Assembly (NCBI GenBank): GCA_002269645.1 | Contig: NIVC01000652.1 | Coordinates: forward strand, 315,295 to 379,294 | Length of the DNA: 64,000 nt | Direction of reading: 5' to 3' | Origin: Macrostomum lignano | Taxonomy: Eukaryota | Part shown: positions 1-11,679 of the stretch, piece after piece | How the letters are laid out: each line of letters begins with the position of its first letter | Numbering within the stretch: position 1 is the stretch's first letter | The notes under the pieces: model-generated | Databases searched by the model: none | The model's input: the letters and a program-made list of their open reading frames with translations, nothing else | What the model was told of the DNA's origin: nothing | Made by a program: the position numbers and the translations under genes

Positions 1-1801
1 ACAAGCAAGAGATCTAAGATAAAATTGTTGCCACGACTGACTGTTTCGCCCGGGATAACAATGCTGTACCACTCTGCCATGCTTCCCTTTTAGTACTCAC
101 TGTCCCTTTTGAAGTCGACCTGAAGATTTTCGGCTTCCAGGGTTTGTAGGCTCTTCGTCTTGCAAGATTTGCTTCCTGACCCGGTCTACCGAAATCTCGG
201 TCTTGGCCATCAAGCCCTCGCCAGGATGCATCGGTGGCTTCTCTGACTGAATAAGGAATTAAGTTGAGCCAATCGTTTCCACTGAGCTTTGAGTATTTCA
301 ATCGGACCAATCTGCCGGACTCACCTGCCCGCGACTCTCCTTCCTGACCTGCAGCCGGGAGCCTTGCACTGCCTGTTTAAACGGTGAGGCGCGCTTCAAT
401 TGGAGGATAGAGGAATCCGGCACCAGCTGGTTGCGGCGACCAGGGTGGCCAGAAAATAATGACGGTTCTTGCTTGCCTAGCTGTCCAATGGCGCTGTAGT
501 CTCGGGGAGTCTCTCTACTCGGGGAGAAGGGCAATTAGCTGATAAATTACGTGTTTATGGTACATAAGTCGTTATTATACAATTCTAACACATAAAATCA
601 AGACTTACGACATCATAATGTACATCGCTTTTGGACTACGTGTAGAGCTTCTGGACGAAGCTCTTGATTGCTGGTTCATTAATAAACCTGTATAGTTTTT
701 ACAACTGAAAATTGAGGTCGGAGTTTTGGCTCGTAATAGCAAGATTTTTCGAAAACTGAAGATCTGAAATGCGATGTAATGAGAATTAAATTTTATGAAC
801 ATGCAAACAGATGGAAATGCAAAAATGCAACAATAATAAATCTTATTCAAGCCCTATTAACAGTGTTTCGAAATAAAAATTACCTATTGAGCAAAGCAAA
901 TGAGGCTGGGCAAAAGCAAAAGGCCGTCCGTCGTTAGGTCTGTGATCGACATACACGAAACTTTGCGTTATTTAAAAATGATCTTGCTTTTGGATGTTAA
1001 AAATATCGCAGCAGCGAAATACTATCTTTATAGTAGTTGCTTTAATATATATTATGAAATTAAAGCACTGCACCATTCCTTAAAGTCCTATTTGTGAGCG
1101 TTATTATTAGTGCTATATAATTTATACATAGAATTTTGTTAGAATGAAGCACACATTTAAAAAAGGATGTCTTTTCACAGAAATTTTTTGCATGGTCCAT
1201 TAGCTCGTATTTACTCTACTCTACTCAATTCCCAAACCCCAGCCAGCTCACTCGTCACTCTGAGCCTTCCAAACTAGACTACTAGGGTTACGGTCCAGTA
1301 TGCGTTTAGTATACCTAGGTCTAGTCACCAATAACAGTGCATTTAGCTAAACTAGAATTTAGGACACAATTTAATGACTTTAATTTAGCGGTTAAAACCA
1401 CTCGCACCCGCACGGCGCACCAAGGCCTCAGCCACAATGTGTGTCGGAGGATAAGACTTAAGCCATAACCAAAGGCTAGTACAATGACCAGTGCCTATAA
1501 ACCGACTTTATTTTATATTTTCTTGTGTAATTCGATTGATACCATTTTATTAATTTATTATAGCATTTGATTTGATTTGATCGCTATAAATGAATAATAA
1601 CTAGCTTAAACTTACTAACTAGGCAGCTAGGTCTACACTACACTCATAGTCTACATTTAAAAACCCCGAGTTCCCAAAATGCCATAGATAGGATAAGACA
1701 GATATCTAAGATTCTAATAATGTGAGAAATGGGTTTTTCTGATTTTAATAAATTAAAGTTTTTTAGACCATTATTAGTAATACAAATTCAAGTACTTTTT
1801 T

Positions 1802-3098
1802 GGCATTCTTTCGTCTTACAATGCCTGCTATGCATTTCAATGGGACGGCCCCTGTTCGTTTTATGATGGCTGATGCCCTTAGAAAGCATATGGCATAGGC
1901 GTGATAGTGTAGTTTCTGTATAATTTTTGTTTTATGACTATACACGTATTTTGTATTTCGTATACTTGACAGATTGTTGTTCGTTAATGAAAGTCAAGCT
2001 ATATATTCCATTTTGTTTTACGATGCCGCAAGTGTTAGAATTATACACTGGGCATCGTAAGACGAAAGTGAGAAGGGGGTTTCTTCAAGTCCTTAAATTG
2101 GTTTATCGCTTCTTTAGCCATGGCTACAAAGCGCCCACTAGGATCATTCTTATAATCACCCAACCCACCAGGCCTATAAATATACTATCCGTTTTGTTTT
2201 GCGATGCCCCAGATGTTGTAATTATTCATAGGCCCTAAGGCCCATAGTCAGGAAGGTGGCCTTTTTCGTCGAAAATTCCGGCGTGCATAGGCATAGCCAA
2301 AGATATTCGGCGTACATTCGGCGTACATTTGGTCTGCCTTGCAACAGTTGGCGTACATTCAGCATATGCCATGTACGCTGCAAATATGTGGCATGATATG
2401 GGATATAAGGTTGGCATATGAGGCAGTGCTAATTCTCTATTATGTCTACCGTATATTCTTATTCAAATCTCTGCCAAAACTTTACAGTAATTTAAAATGG
2501 TCATTTTAATTTTAACATCTTCAGTTAAACAAATTAAAAAAGACTAAACTTGTTGGTATAGTACAACAACCAAACTTGTCGAATATTCGTTGCAACGGAA
2601 GGTTTTTACTTCATTCAGCGTCCTAATAAGCTGATAAACAATTAACTAATCGGCGTGCATGGGTGCATTACAGTAGGGCCTATATTCGGCGTGCATTACG
2701 GTATATTTGGCGTACATATGGTTACATTTGGCGTACATAGGTAGCCCTGCCCGAATTTCATTCCGGCGTACACATGCCACCTTCCTGACTATGGCCTAAG
2801 GCATTATAAAATGAAATGGATTATAATGGCTCGACAGCTTCAATTGCTAATGAGGGCGGACACAATGTTAAAGCGCGTGAGTTGAGACATTTCCATGGAA
2901 ATATAGTCAGAAGTACAAACCAACTGTGTGACTCAATTTAAGACCTTTGAAACACTGCACTCTTCTGTCATAAAGTATACATTTTTAAAGCCTTCTTGCT
3001 TATTTAACATGGGCATCGTAAGACAAAACAGATACAATTTTGGGCATTGTAAGACGAAACAGATATAATTTTGGGCATCGTAAGACAAAAGAATGCCC
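1802..3098. mobile_element. Degenerate non-autonomous TIR element (host of the nested MITE at 2239-2796)
   Basis: Left end GGCATTCTTTCGTCTTACAATGCC (1802) is an imperfect inverted repeat of GGCATCGTAAGACAAAAGAATGCC(C) ending near 3098. The GGGCATCGTAAGAC motif recurs internally in both orientations (about 2017, 2050, 2195, 3011, 3043, 3072). No unambiguous TSD; both flanks are T-runs. Confidence 0.5.
2239..2796. mobile_element. PIF/Harbinger (Tourist-like) MITE, 558 bp
   Basis: TIRs GGCCCATAGTCAGGAAGGTGGC / GCCACCTTCCTGACTATGGCC. TAA on both flanks (2236-2238 and 2797-2799). Internal GGCGTACAT subrepeats; no coding capacity. Confidence 0.8.
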
Positions 3099-3824
3099 TT
3101 TTTTAATGCAAATGTAGCAAAAAAAATACAAAAAGTAACTTTTTTTATTGTGATTAACATTTCAGACCAGTTATCCATTCATTTCAAAATCTTAACTATG
3201 CCATTAGATCAAATCTATCTAGTGTGCACCAATAGACTAGACTAGTAGACCAACAAGAGAGGGGTTGCAAAACCTGCATGTAAGCTAGGCTATGGTAGGT
3301 CCTCAATGTTAGAAAAAGTAAAGTATTCAAAACTTGTAAACTAAAGAATGCATATCTAAAAACACAAATAAATGCTTGAATTTTGTAGTAACTTGAATAA
3401 AGTTATACTTTTTTACCTTACATTAATGAAAACAATGTATTTTTTATGTTATCATAAAATATTTATATACAAATGAAAATATCATCATAAACAAAACTCA
3501 AAAATTCCCATGTGACATAGTATATAATTCTAATAATAATGATGGCATCTTAAAAAAATTTAGTATGCACTGCTATAAGTAGCACATTAAAACTTTGCTA
3601 GCTCCATGATATATGCTATGCATATAGTACTAAACTACCTAGGACCTTGCTACATAAAAGAATTTTCATTGTAATAATATCTGGGAATATAGTGCTTATT
3701 CAATATTACACTTTAGGATCATACTAGGCCTACTTGAACCAGACATTTCTGGCATAAATTTGTGATACCTAGTTATAGTACATTATTATAGCATAGGCCT
3801 ATATTATATGGAAGTGCTTATCCA

Positions 3825-5729
3825 CATGGTCCTATGCCGATAATTCTAATTTCAGGGGTGGATTTAGGAGGGTTGGGAGGGTGGCTGCCCCCTTTGCCAA
3901 AATAGCTTGACAAAACATATTGCGTCCCTTAAAAAAACCTGGGTTTGTACCTCCTATACTTGATTTTTCACCTCCTTTTTTGCACCTTTATGTTTGACTT
4001 TTTGCCCTTTAAATGCATTTTTTGTGCCCCTAAACTTGATTTTTCGCCCTCTAAAGACATTGTTTGTGCCTTTAAGCTTGATTTTTTGCGCACTATATGT
4101 ATTTTAGCACCCCTAAGCTTGACTTTTTGCCCCATACACACATTTTTGGTGCCCCTTATACTTGTATTGATGCCCCAAACTTGGATTGCCCCCTACCTCA
4201 AAATGAAACTCTAGATCCACCATTGTCTAATTTTATCTACACAAATCCATGTCAATAATTTTCAGCTTATCCTCATGGCAGCTTATTGAAATAGTTGCAA
4301 CCATTCAAGTCTATAGGCCATGTCAATAATTCCAATTTTATCCCATGGATCCATGTCAATAATTTTCAGCTTATCCCCATGGCTAAGATTGTGTAGTTGT
4401 TTGTGTTTAGTTCTATGTACTGACATTAAATCAATATTGTCATTATTATTAGTAATATTATCATTATTATTAAATTTTGAATTTTGAATTTTGCAAGTCT
4501 TATTTGCCTTGATCTTTTGGTCATTTGGTCATTCTAAGCAAAGCTGGCAGCTAAGCAAATATTTAAAATTAACCTTTTAATGACAAAAAGTTTTAATAAA
4601 GTACTCAATACTATTTAGTACTTAGTACATGTAGTTTATTTGGAAGATTTGTAAAACAGTGAAAACAAAAAGATAGTTTTTGAACAGATTCATTTTAAGG
4701 TTCTTTACTTCAATAAGCTGCCATGGGGACATACATGCGCAACAGTTGGCTAAGTCGGCCAATCTGGCCAACTGATTTGGTGGCCAACCAAGGAAGTTGC
4801 AAAAACGCTTACCCAAAAAATACCAAAGTAGTAATACTAAGTAGCTGATGAGGCATTTTGGCTTAATAAGACAGTCATATTACTCCTGCCGGTTACTAAA
4901 CCAAAAGTTGCATTAAATTTGCTTTATGGTTTTTTTACATGTAAGTCGCATTTTTGGCCAAAAACTACATCTCATTTTGTTAAAACTAAGTCACACAGCC
5001 AACCGAATTTTGGAGGTTGCGCATGTATGCATGGGGATCAGTGCTCCCACTCTGGCGCAAATTCGCACCATGACTGAAAATGAGGCAATATGGCACAAAT
5101 GTGCAATTAATAAGGTTTGGCGCAAATCTGAAAATGTGGAAAATTGGCACCTAAATTGTAACCCTTTTCCATGTTTTTGTATGCTTTTTGTATGCTTCTT
5201 ATATAAATTCTCTTAACATACTTTTTATGTACCATTAGAATAACAAAGCCAACCCTGATAGTGTCAGATAGAAACTATTATGTTTTATAATTGCAGTATT
5301 GATTTGGAAAAATTAATGTCTCATGCGCATGCTATTGTTGCCATTTTTACCCATTTTTTGCCAAGTTGTAGTGTTTTATCTCGTCCAAAACTGGATGATT
5401 TATGATTGAGGTCCCTGGATGTTAGGTTTTGAGATTTTTTTAATATCTCAATAGGCATCATACTGCATTAGAGCCTTAGAGATAGAGTGATAATGGCACA
5501 AAAAATATCCATGGAGCAAAAATGAATAGCTTGGCACAAAAAATGAAAGTTGCTGAGTGGGAACACTAGTGGGGATAAGCTAGAAATTATCAACACAGAT
5601 CTATATGGATAAAATTGGAATTATTGACACAGCCTATAGACTTGAATGGTGGCAGCTATTTCAATAAGCTGCCATGGGGATAAGCTATAAATTATTGACA
5701 TGGATCTGTGTGGATTAAATTGGAATTAC
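3825..5729. repeat. Long inverted repeat / foldback-like element with about 155-bp arms
   Basis: 4226-4378 is an imperfect reverse complement of 5571-5729. The arms are built of about 80-bp subrepeats (GTCAATAATT...GCTTATCCCCATGG). The left arm continues upstream of the hAT MITE that interrupts it. Confidence 0.6.
3853..4225. mobile_element. hAT-type MITE, 373 bp
   Basis: Imperfect TIRs CAGGGGTGGATTTAG / CTAGATCCACCATTG with an exact 8-bp TSD TCTAATTT (3845-3852 and 4226-4233). Confidence 0.8.
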
Positions 5730-6424
5730 TCTTTACTCTTTAGAGCTGATACTCTTTATAGTGGGAAGTCAATATATGCCAAGATTTCTTTCATTCTTTC
5801 AAAATAACTACTTTCCATTTAAATTTACTTTTATTTCACAATTTGATTCTGCAACTGCAGGAACATGTATGCCACTTTTTCACTATCCATTTTTATATGC
5901 CAGATAGTATGCCAGATTTAAAAAAAATTGTATGTAAAGTGTACCATGTATGCCAAAAGTCATGATTATATGCTGCATTAATCTGGCATACCACCTTTCT
6001 TCCAGACTATGGTCTAGCTAGGAATTAAGGGGCTAATTGTCACCACACTTTTAAACTGTTGAATCACAATAATGGTGATTAATAGGTTAATAGGTTAATT
6101 CTATTATTATGCTGCACTAGCCATTGAGTATTACCTTGAGATGGTCTAATAGAGTGAGGCTAATATTTCTTGATATACTGTATACCCCAATGCTAATAAC
6201 AATTATAAGATATAATACAAAATATAGCTTGCTGCCACCAAACAAAGGTATGATCAAATGACAAAGCAATCAAAGACAAATTGCTTAGCTTAAGGTTTAC
6301 ATTAATTGAATATAAGTAATTTTTAATGGCCTTATAATAGGTAATTATCAATCAGGTAAAGTGGCTCGCTTGATGAAGAGTAGATAAATAAAGGTAAATA
6401 TCAACATGAAGTATTATTTGAGTT

Positions 6425-6466
6425 GCCGATGCATTTCGTCCATTTGCATTAGGACATCGTCAGGGT
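6425..6466 (-). ncRNA. Minimal type I hammerhead ribozyme (Penelope pLTR, inverted copy)
   Basis: Reverse complement of the motif at 8920-8961. Confidence 0.75.
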
Positions 6467-6651
6467 CTTTTTATTGAGAAACAATTTGAACGAATATTCA
6501 GTATATATAGATAGTTGAGAGTAACAAGAGTAGTTGAATTGAGTTTTTAATTGATGGTTTAAAACTTGTACATAGTAATCAATTTTTGATACAGTATTGG
6601 TTGGGTAAAGTGCATATCAGTTTCAAGCCAGTCCGGTCATTGACAAATCAG

Positions 6652-7625
6652 CTAAAAAATTCTGAGTTGACGGCTAGCCCCACCCATCGCAAGTTGGTTA
6701 TTTAACGTGGGCTGTTTGGTCTTAATGTACAGGGCTTCTAATAGGCAGAGCATGTGATCTCTATTACAAAAATCAATAGCCTTTATCATTTCGTGTGGTT
6801 CAGCCTCACAACAAGAATTGCAGGTTAGCAGGTGTTCGTTAATAGCAGAGTTTTTTAGCCAGTGCTCTCTGACCCTCGTGTATAAGTGTCGTTTAGTTTT
6901 TCCTATGTAGGAGATGCTCTGGTCCTCAGAGCAAACAAATTTATACACGACACCAGCCGCGAGAGGACGTGGAACACTGGATTTCAACTTGCAGACAAAC
7001 TTAGCAATCTTTTCGGTGCGAAACACAACACGGATTTGAGTGTTTAAGTCTTTACGGAGCAGCTTTTCTAACTTCTTTTTAAACTCTATAGAACAAACAC
7101 CAAAGTAAGGCAAAGTGATCAAGGGACATTCAGAGGTGGAATCACGAACTTTCATCCGATTAGGTTCAGTCAGTTTGTCATTGAGAAAAGAGTTGACAAT
7201 TTTCATCACAAAGTTCTTAGGATAGCCATTGTAGCTGAGCAGATTGGTGAGGATTTCAACTTCGTTGTGGAAAAGTCTCCAAGAGCTGCAAGTGGAAAAA
7301 GCCCGGTGAAGAAAGCAACGAATCAATCCGGTTTTCCATTGTCTAGGGCACAAGGCGTCAAACCTAAGCATAAGCCCGGTAAAGCTAGGTTTCCTATACA
7401 CGCTGGTCGAAATAGTTTCATCGGTGGCGTCAACGTCAATGTCTAAGAAAGGAAGTCTCCTGCCTCCCCCCTCCGCCGTGAATTTGATATTCTCATGAGT
7501 AGAATTGATTAACTTAAAAAACTCGTCCTTCTTAGCTTCGTCCTCAAAGATCGCAAACGTGTCATCGACGTAGCGTTTGTAGAAGTGAGGCGCACAAGGG
7601 AGGGCCATCCAGTCCTTCTCCCAGT
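6652..7625 (-). pseudogene. Inverted 5'-truncated copy of the Penelope ORF
   Basis: Translation matches the main ORF from WEKDWMALPC to RQLRIF. The upstream residues of ORF 6652-7686 are read-through across the inversion junction. Confidence 0.9.
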
Positions 7626-7632
7626 TTGAGCA

Positions 7633-8734
7633 TTTTAAGAAGATGCTCAAATTCGCCACCTCCGGCATCTTTCTTTTTCGGGACAAATATTACAGACAGA
7701 TTGATGGGTGTGCCATGGGCAGCCCTCTCGCCCCAACCCTCGCTAATTTATGCATGGCCCACTGGGAGAAGGACTGGATGGCCCTCCCTTGTGCGCCTCA
7801 CTTCTACAAACGCTACGTCGATGACACGTTTGCGATCTTTGAGGACGAAGCTAAGAAGGACGAGTTTTTTAAGTTAATCAATTCTACTCATGAGAATATC
7901 AAATTCACGGCGGAGGGGGGAGGCAGGAGACTTCCTTTCTTAGACATTGACGTTGACGCCACCGATGAAACTATTTCGACCAGCGTGTATAGGAAACCTA
8001 GCTTTACCGGGCTTATGCTTAGGTTTGACGCCTTGTGCCCTAGACAATGGAAAACCGGATTGATTCGTTGCTTTCTTCACCGGGCTTTTTCCACTTGCAG
8101 CTCTTGGAGACTTTTCCACAACGAAGTTGAAATCCTCACCAATCTGCTCAGCTACAATGGCTATCCTAAGAACTTTGTGATGAAAATTGTCAACTCTTTT
8201 CTCAATGACAAACTGACTGAACCTAATCGGATGAAAGTTCGTGATTCCACCTCTGAATGTCCCTTGATCACTTTGCCTTACTTTGGTGTTTGTTCTATAG
8301 AGTTTAAAAAGAAGTTAGAAAAGCTGCTCCGTAAAGACTTAAACACTCAAATCCGTGTTGTGTTTCGCACCGAAAAGATTGCTAAGTTTGTCTGCAAGTT
8401 GAAATCCAGTGTTCCACGTCCTCTCGCGGCTGGTGTCGTGTATAAATTTGTTTGCTCTGAGGACCAGAGCATCTCCTACATAGGAAAAACTAAACGACAC
8501 TTATACACGAGGGTCAGAGAGCACTGGCTAAAAAACTCTGCTATTAACGAACACCTGCTAACCTGCAATTCTTGTTGTGAGGCTGAACCACACGAAATGA
8601 TAAAGGCTATTGATTTTTGTAATAGAGATCACATGCTCTGCCTATTAGAAGCCCTGTACATTAAGACCAAACAGCCCACGTTAAATAACCAACTTGCGAT
8701 GGGTGGGGCTAGCCGTCAACTCAGAATTTTTTAG
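7633..8734 (+). pseudogene. 5'-truncated copy of the Penelope ORF (RT C-terminal half + GIY-YIG) within the tandem pseudo-LTR
   Basis: The ORF-track translation matches the C-terminal 363 aa of 9887-11452. Confidence 0.9.
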
Positions 8735-8919
8735 CTGATTTGTCAATGACCGGACTGGCTTGAAACTGATATGCACTTTACCCAACCAATACTGTATCAA
8801 AAATTGATTACTATGTACAAGTTTTAAACCATCAATTAAAAACTCAATTCAACTACTCTTGTTACTCTCAACTATCTATATATACTGAATATTCGTTCAA
8901 ATTGTTTCTCAATAAAAAG

Positions 8920-8961
8920 ACCCTGACGATGTCCTAATGCAAATGGACGAAATGCATCGGC
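8920..8961 (+). ncRNA. Minimal type I hammerhead ribozyme (Penelope pLTR)
   Basis: ACC-CUGACGA-U-GUCC(UAAUGCAAAU)GGAC-GAAA-UGCA-UC-GGC: conserved core CUGANGA and GAAA, 4-bp stem II, palindromic AUGCAU in place of stem III, predicted cleavage after AUC (8958). Stem I is only about 2 bp as read by eye. Confidence 0.75.
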
Positions 8962-8978
8962 AACTCAAATAATACTTC

Positions 8979-11452
8979 ATGTTGATATTTACCTTTATTT
9001 ATCTACTCTTCATCAAGCGAGCCACTTTACCTGATTTCTATTTTGATATCAACCGTCGCTACCCGGACGTCACTGTTCCATTTCTTCGGAGATTTGAGCG
9101 CTACGCCACTGCCCTTGGCAAGTGCCAGGTGGACAGTTGGTTCCTTCAGCAATGTATTGAACTACAGGTTGCACCCAAGTTTGTCCAGTTCAAGAAACCG
9201 AACACACCTGTTTTTCGTGATCTATCCAACGTTCACAATGCATTGATTCAACAAGAACTTCGAGCTAACCAACGGAAGACTCATCAACTACGGAATCGAG
9301 TCCAAGAACTTAAGTCAAACTTAAGAAATCAGCTGGGTTTGATCTCCTATGCAGTCCTATGGCATCTAGTGAGCAAGTCAACGCAAGAAAAACTTCGAGC
9401 GGACCGCCTGAGACTCGGAAAGAAGCTTCGCAACCTCTGGACCGAGCAGAAGCATCAGACCCATGGAGCCAATACCATCACCAACCTGTCTCGTCACCAA
9501 CTCACGGTCACCGAGCTCAACTGTTTGCAACATGGTCTGCGCAACCCGACGCTACCAAAACGCATCAACAAGCTTAAAATCGCTGCTGAAATTGAATCTG
9601 GCCTGAGTAAGTGTCTAAAAACGGACAATTTGCGAGTTGACGGCGCTGTTCCACCCGATAAGCTTAAACACCGTATCATTGCTGAATTTGAAAAGTTTAT
9701 CTGTAGAGCTCAAGGATACGTTAACAAGAAAAGCAATAGGCTTATGCACCAGACTATGAACGGTCTCAAGAACAATGACAACATCAAGATCGTTGGTTAC
9801 GATAAAGGCTATGGCGTTGCTGTCTTAGACAGTAATGATTATTTCGAGAAACTTGAGAAAGTGATCCAGGACAAACTCAAGTTTCAATGCCTTGGTACGC
9901 CGATAAAGTCACTATGACCCACCCGATTCTGAAAAATGAAAGATCTCTTCAGAATTTTTTGAGAACTTATGTCAAGCCGCATGTGAGCCCTGAGATTTTT
10001 AAGGTGATTGTCCCAAATGGTAGCCAACCTGGACAACTGTATGGTCTGTGCAAAGTTCATAAGGATGGTCATCCTTTAAGACCAATTGTTTCGATGATCA
10101 ACACTTCAGAGTATGAGCTAGCCAAATTCCTTGACAATTTAATTAAACCTGTTATTCCTTCTGAGCACTGTGTGGGATCCAATAAACAGTTTATTGAGAG
10201 CCTCAGCAATACCACGATTAATCAAACTGACAGGCTTTATAGCTTTGATGTTGTTTCACTGTTCACCAACATCCCTCTCGATTTCACCATTGAGCTGGCT
10301 GCTGATCTTGTGTATGAAAAAACCGATCCACCTCCTTTCTCCAAAGCCACTTTTAAGAAGATGCTCAAATTCGCCACCTCCGGCATCTTTCTTTTTCGGG
10401 ACAAATATTACAGACAGATTGATGGGTGTGCCATGGGCAGCCCTCTCGCCCCAACCCTCGCTAATTTATGCATGGCCCACTGGGAGAAGGACTGGATGGC
10501 CCTCCCTTGTGCGCCTCACTTCTACAAACGCTACGTCGATGACACGTTTGCGATCTTTGAGGACGAAGCTAAGAAGGACGAGTTTTTTAAGTTAATCAAT
10601 TCTACTCATGAGAATATCAAATTCACGGCGGAGGGGGGAGGCAGGAGACTTCCTTTCTTAGACATTGACGTTGACGCCACCGATGAAACTATTTCGACCA
10701 GCGTGTATAGGAAACCTAGCTTTACCGGGCTTATGCTTAGGTTTGACGCCTTGTGCCCTAGACAATGGAAAACCGGATTGATTCGTTGCTTTCTTCACCG
10801 GGCTTTTTCCACTTGCAGCTCTTGGAGACTTTTCCACAACGAAGTTGAAATCCTCACCAATCTGCTCAGCTACAATGGCTATCCTAAGAACTTTGTGATG
10901 AAAATTGTCAACTCTTTTCTCAATGACAAACTGACTGAACCTAATCGGATGAAAGTTCGTGATTCCACCTCTGAATGTCCCTTGATCACTTTGCCTTACT
11001 TTGGTGTTTGTTCTATAGAGTTTAAAAAGAAGTTAGAAAAGCTGCTCCGTAAAGACTTAAACACTCAAATCCGTGTTGTGTTTCGCACCGAAAAGATTGC
11101 TAAGTTTGTCTGCAAGTTGAAATCCAGTGTTCCACGTCCTCTCGCGGCTGGTGTCGTGTATAAATTTGTTTGCTCTGAGGACCAGAGCATCTCCTACATA
11201 GGAAAAACTAAACGACACTTATACACGAGGGTCAGAGAGCACTGGCTAAAAAACTCTGCTATTAACGAACACCTGCTAACCTGCAATTCTTGTTGTGAGG
11301 CTGAACCACACGAAATGATAAAGGCTATTGATTTTTGTAATAGAGATCACATGCTCTGCCTATTAGAAGCCCTGTACATTAAGACCAAACAGCCCACGTT
11401 AAATAACCAACTTGCGATGGGTGGGGCTAGCCGTCAACTCAGAATTTTTTAG
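8979..11452 (+). CDS. Penelope-like polyprotein: N-terminal domain, reverse transcriptase and GIY-YIG endonuclease; one frameshift at about 9887-9915
   Basis: ORFs 8979-9917 and 9887-11452 overlap in different frames. RT motifs LYSFDVVSLFTNIP, QIDGCAMGSPLAPTLAN and RYVDD. Endonuclease motif GVVYKF...YIGKTKRHLYTRVREH. Confidence 0.9.
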
Positions 11453-11637
11453 CTGATTTGTCAATGACCGGACTGGCTTGAAACTGATATGCACTTTACC
11501 CAACCAATACTGTATCAAAAATTGATTACTATGTACAAGTTTTAAACCATCAATTAAAAACTCAATTCAACTACTCTTGTTACTCTCAACTATCTATATA
11601 TACTGAATATTCGTTCAAATTGTTTCTCAATAAAAAG

Positions 11638-11679
11638 ACCCTGACGATGTCCTAATGCAAATGGACGAAATGCATCGGC
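11638..11679 (+). ncRNA. Minimal type I hammerhead ribozyme (Penelope 3' pLTR)
   Basis: Identical to 8920-8961; predicted cleavage after 11676. Confidence 0.75.

Noticed and set aside
1-540. GC-richer stretch with short minus-strand ORFs (14-310, 298-534) and a GCAG|GTGAGT donor-like site
   Set aside because: No recognisable protein motif in any frame I translated, and stops interrupt the candidate exon; it cannot be assigned.
5986-6014. Sequence resembling the right TIR of the Harbinger MITE (ACCACCTTTCTTCCAGACTATGG)
   Set aside because: No matching left end found; at most a solo degenerate end.
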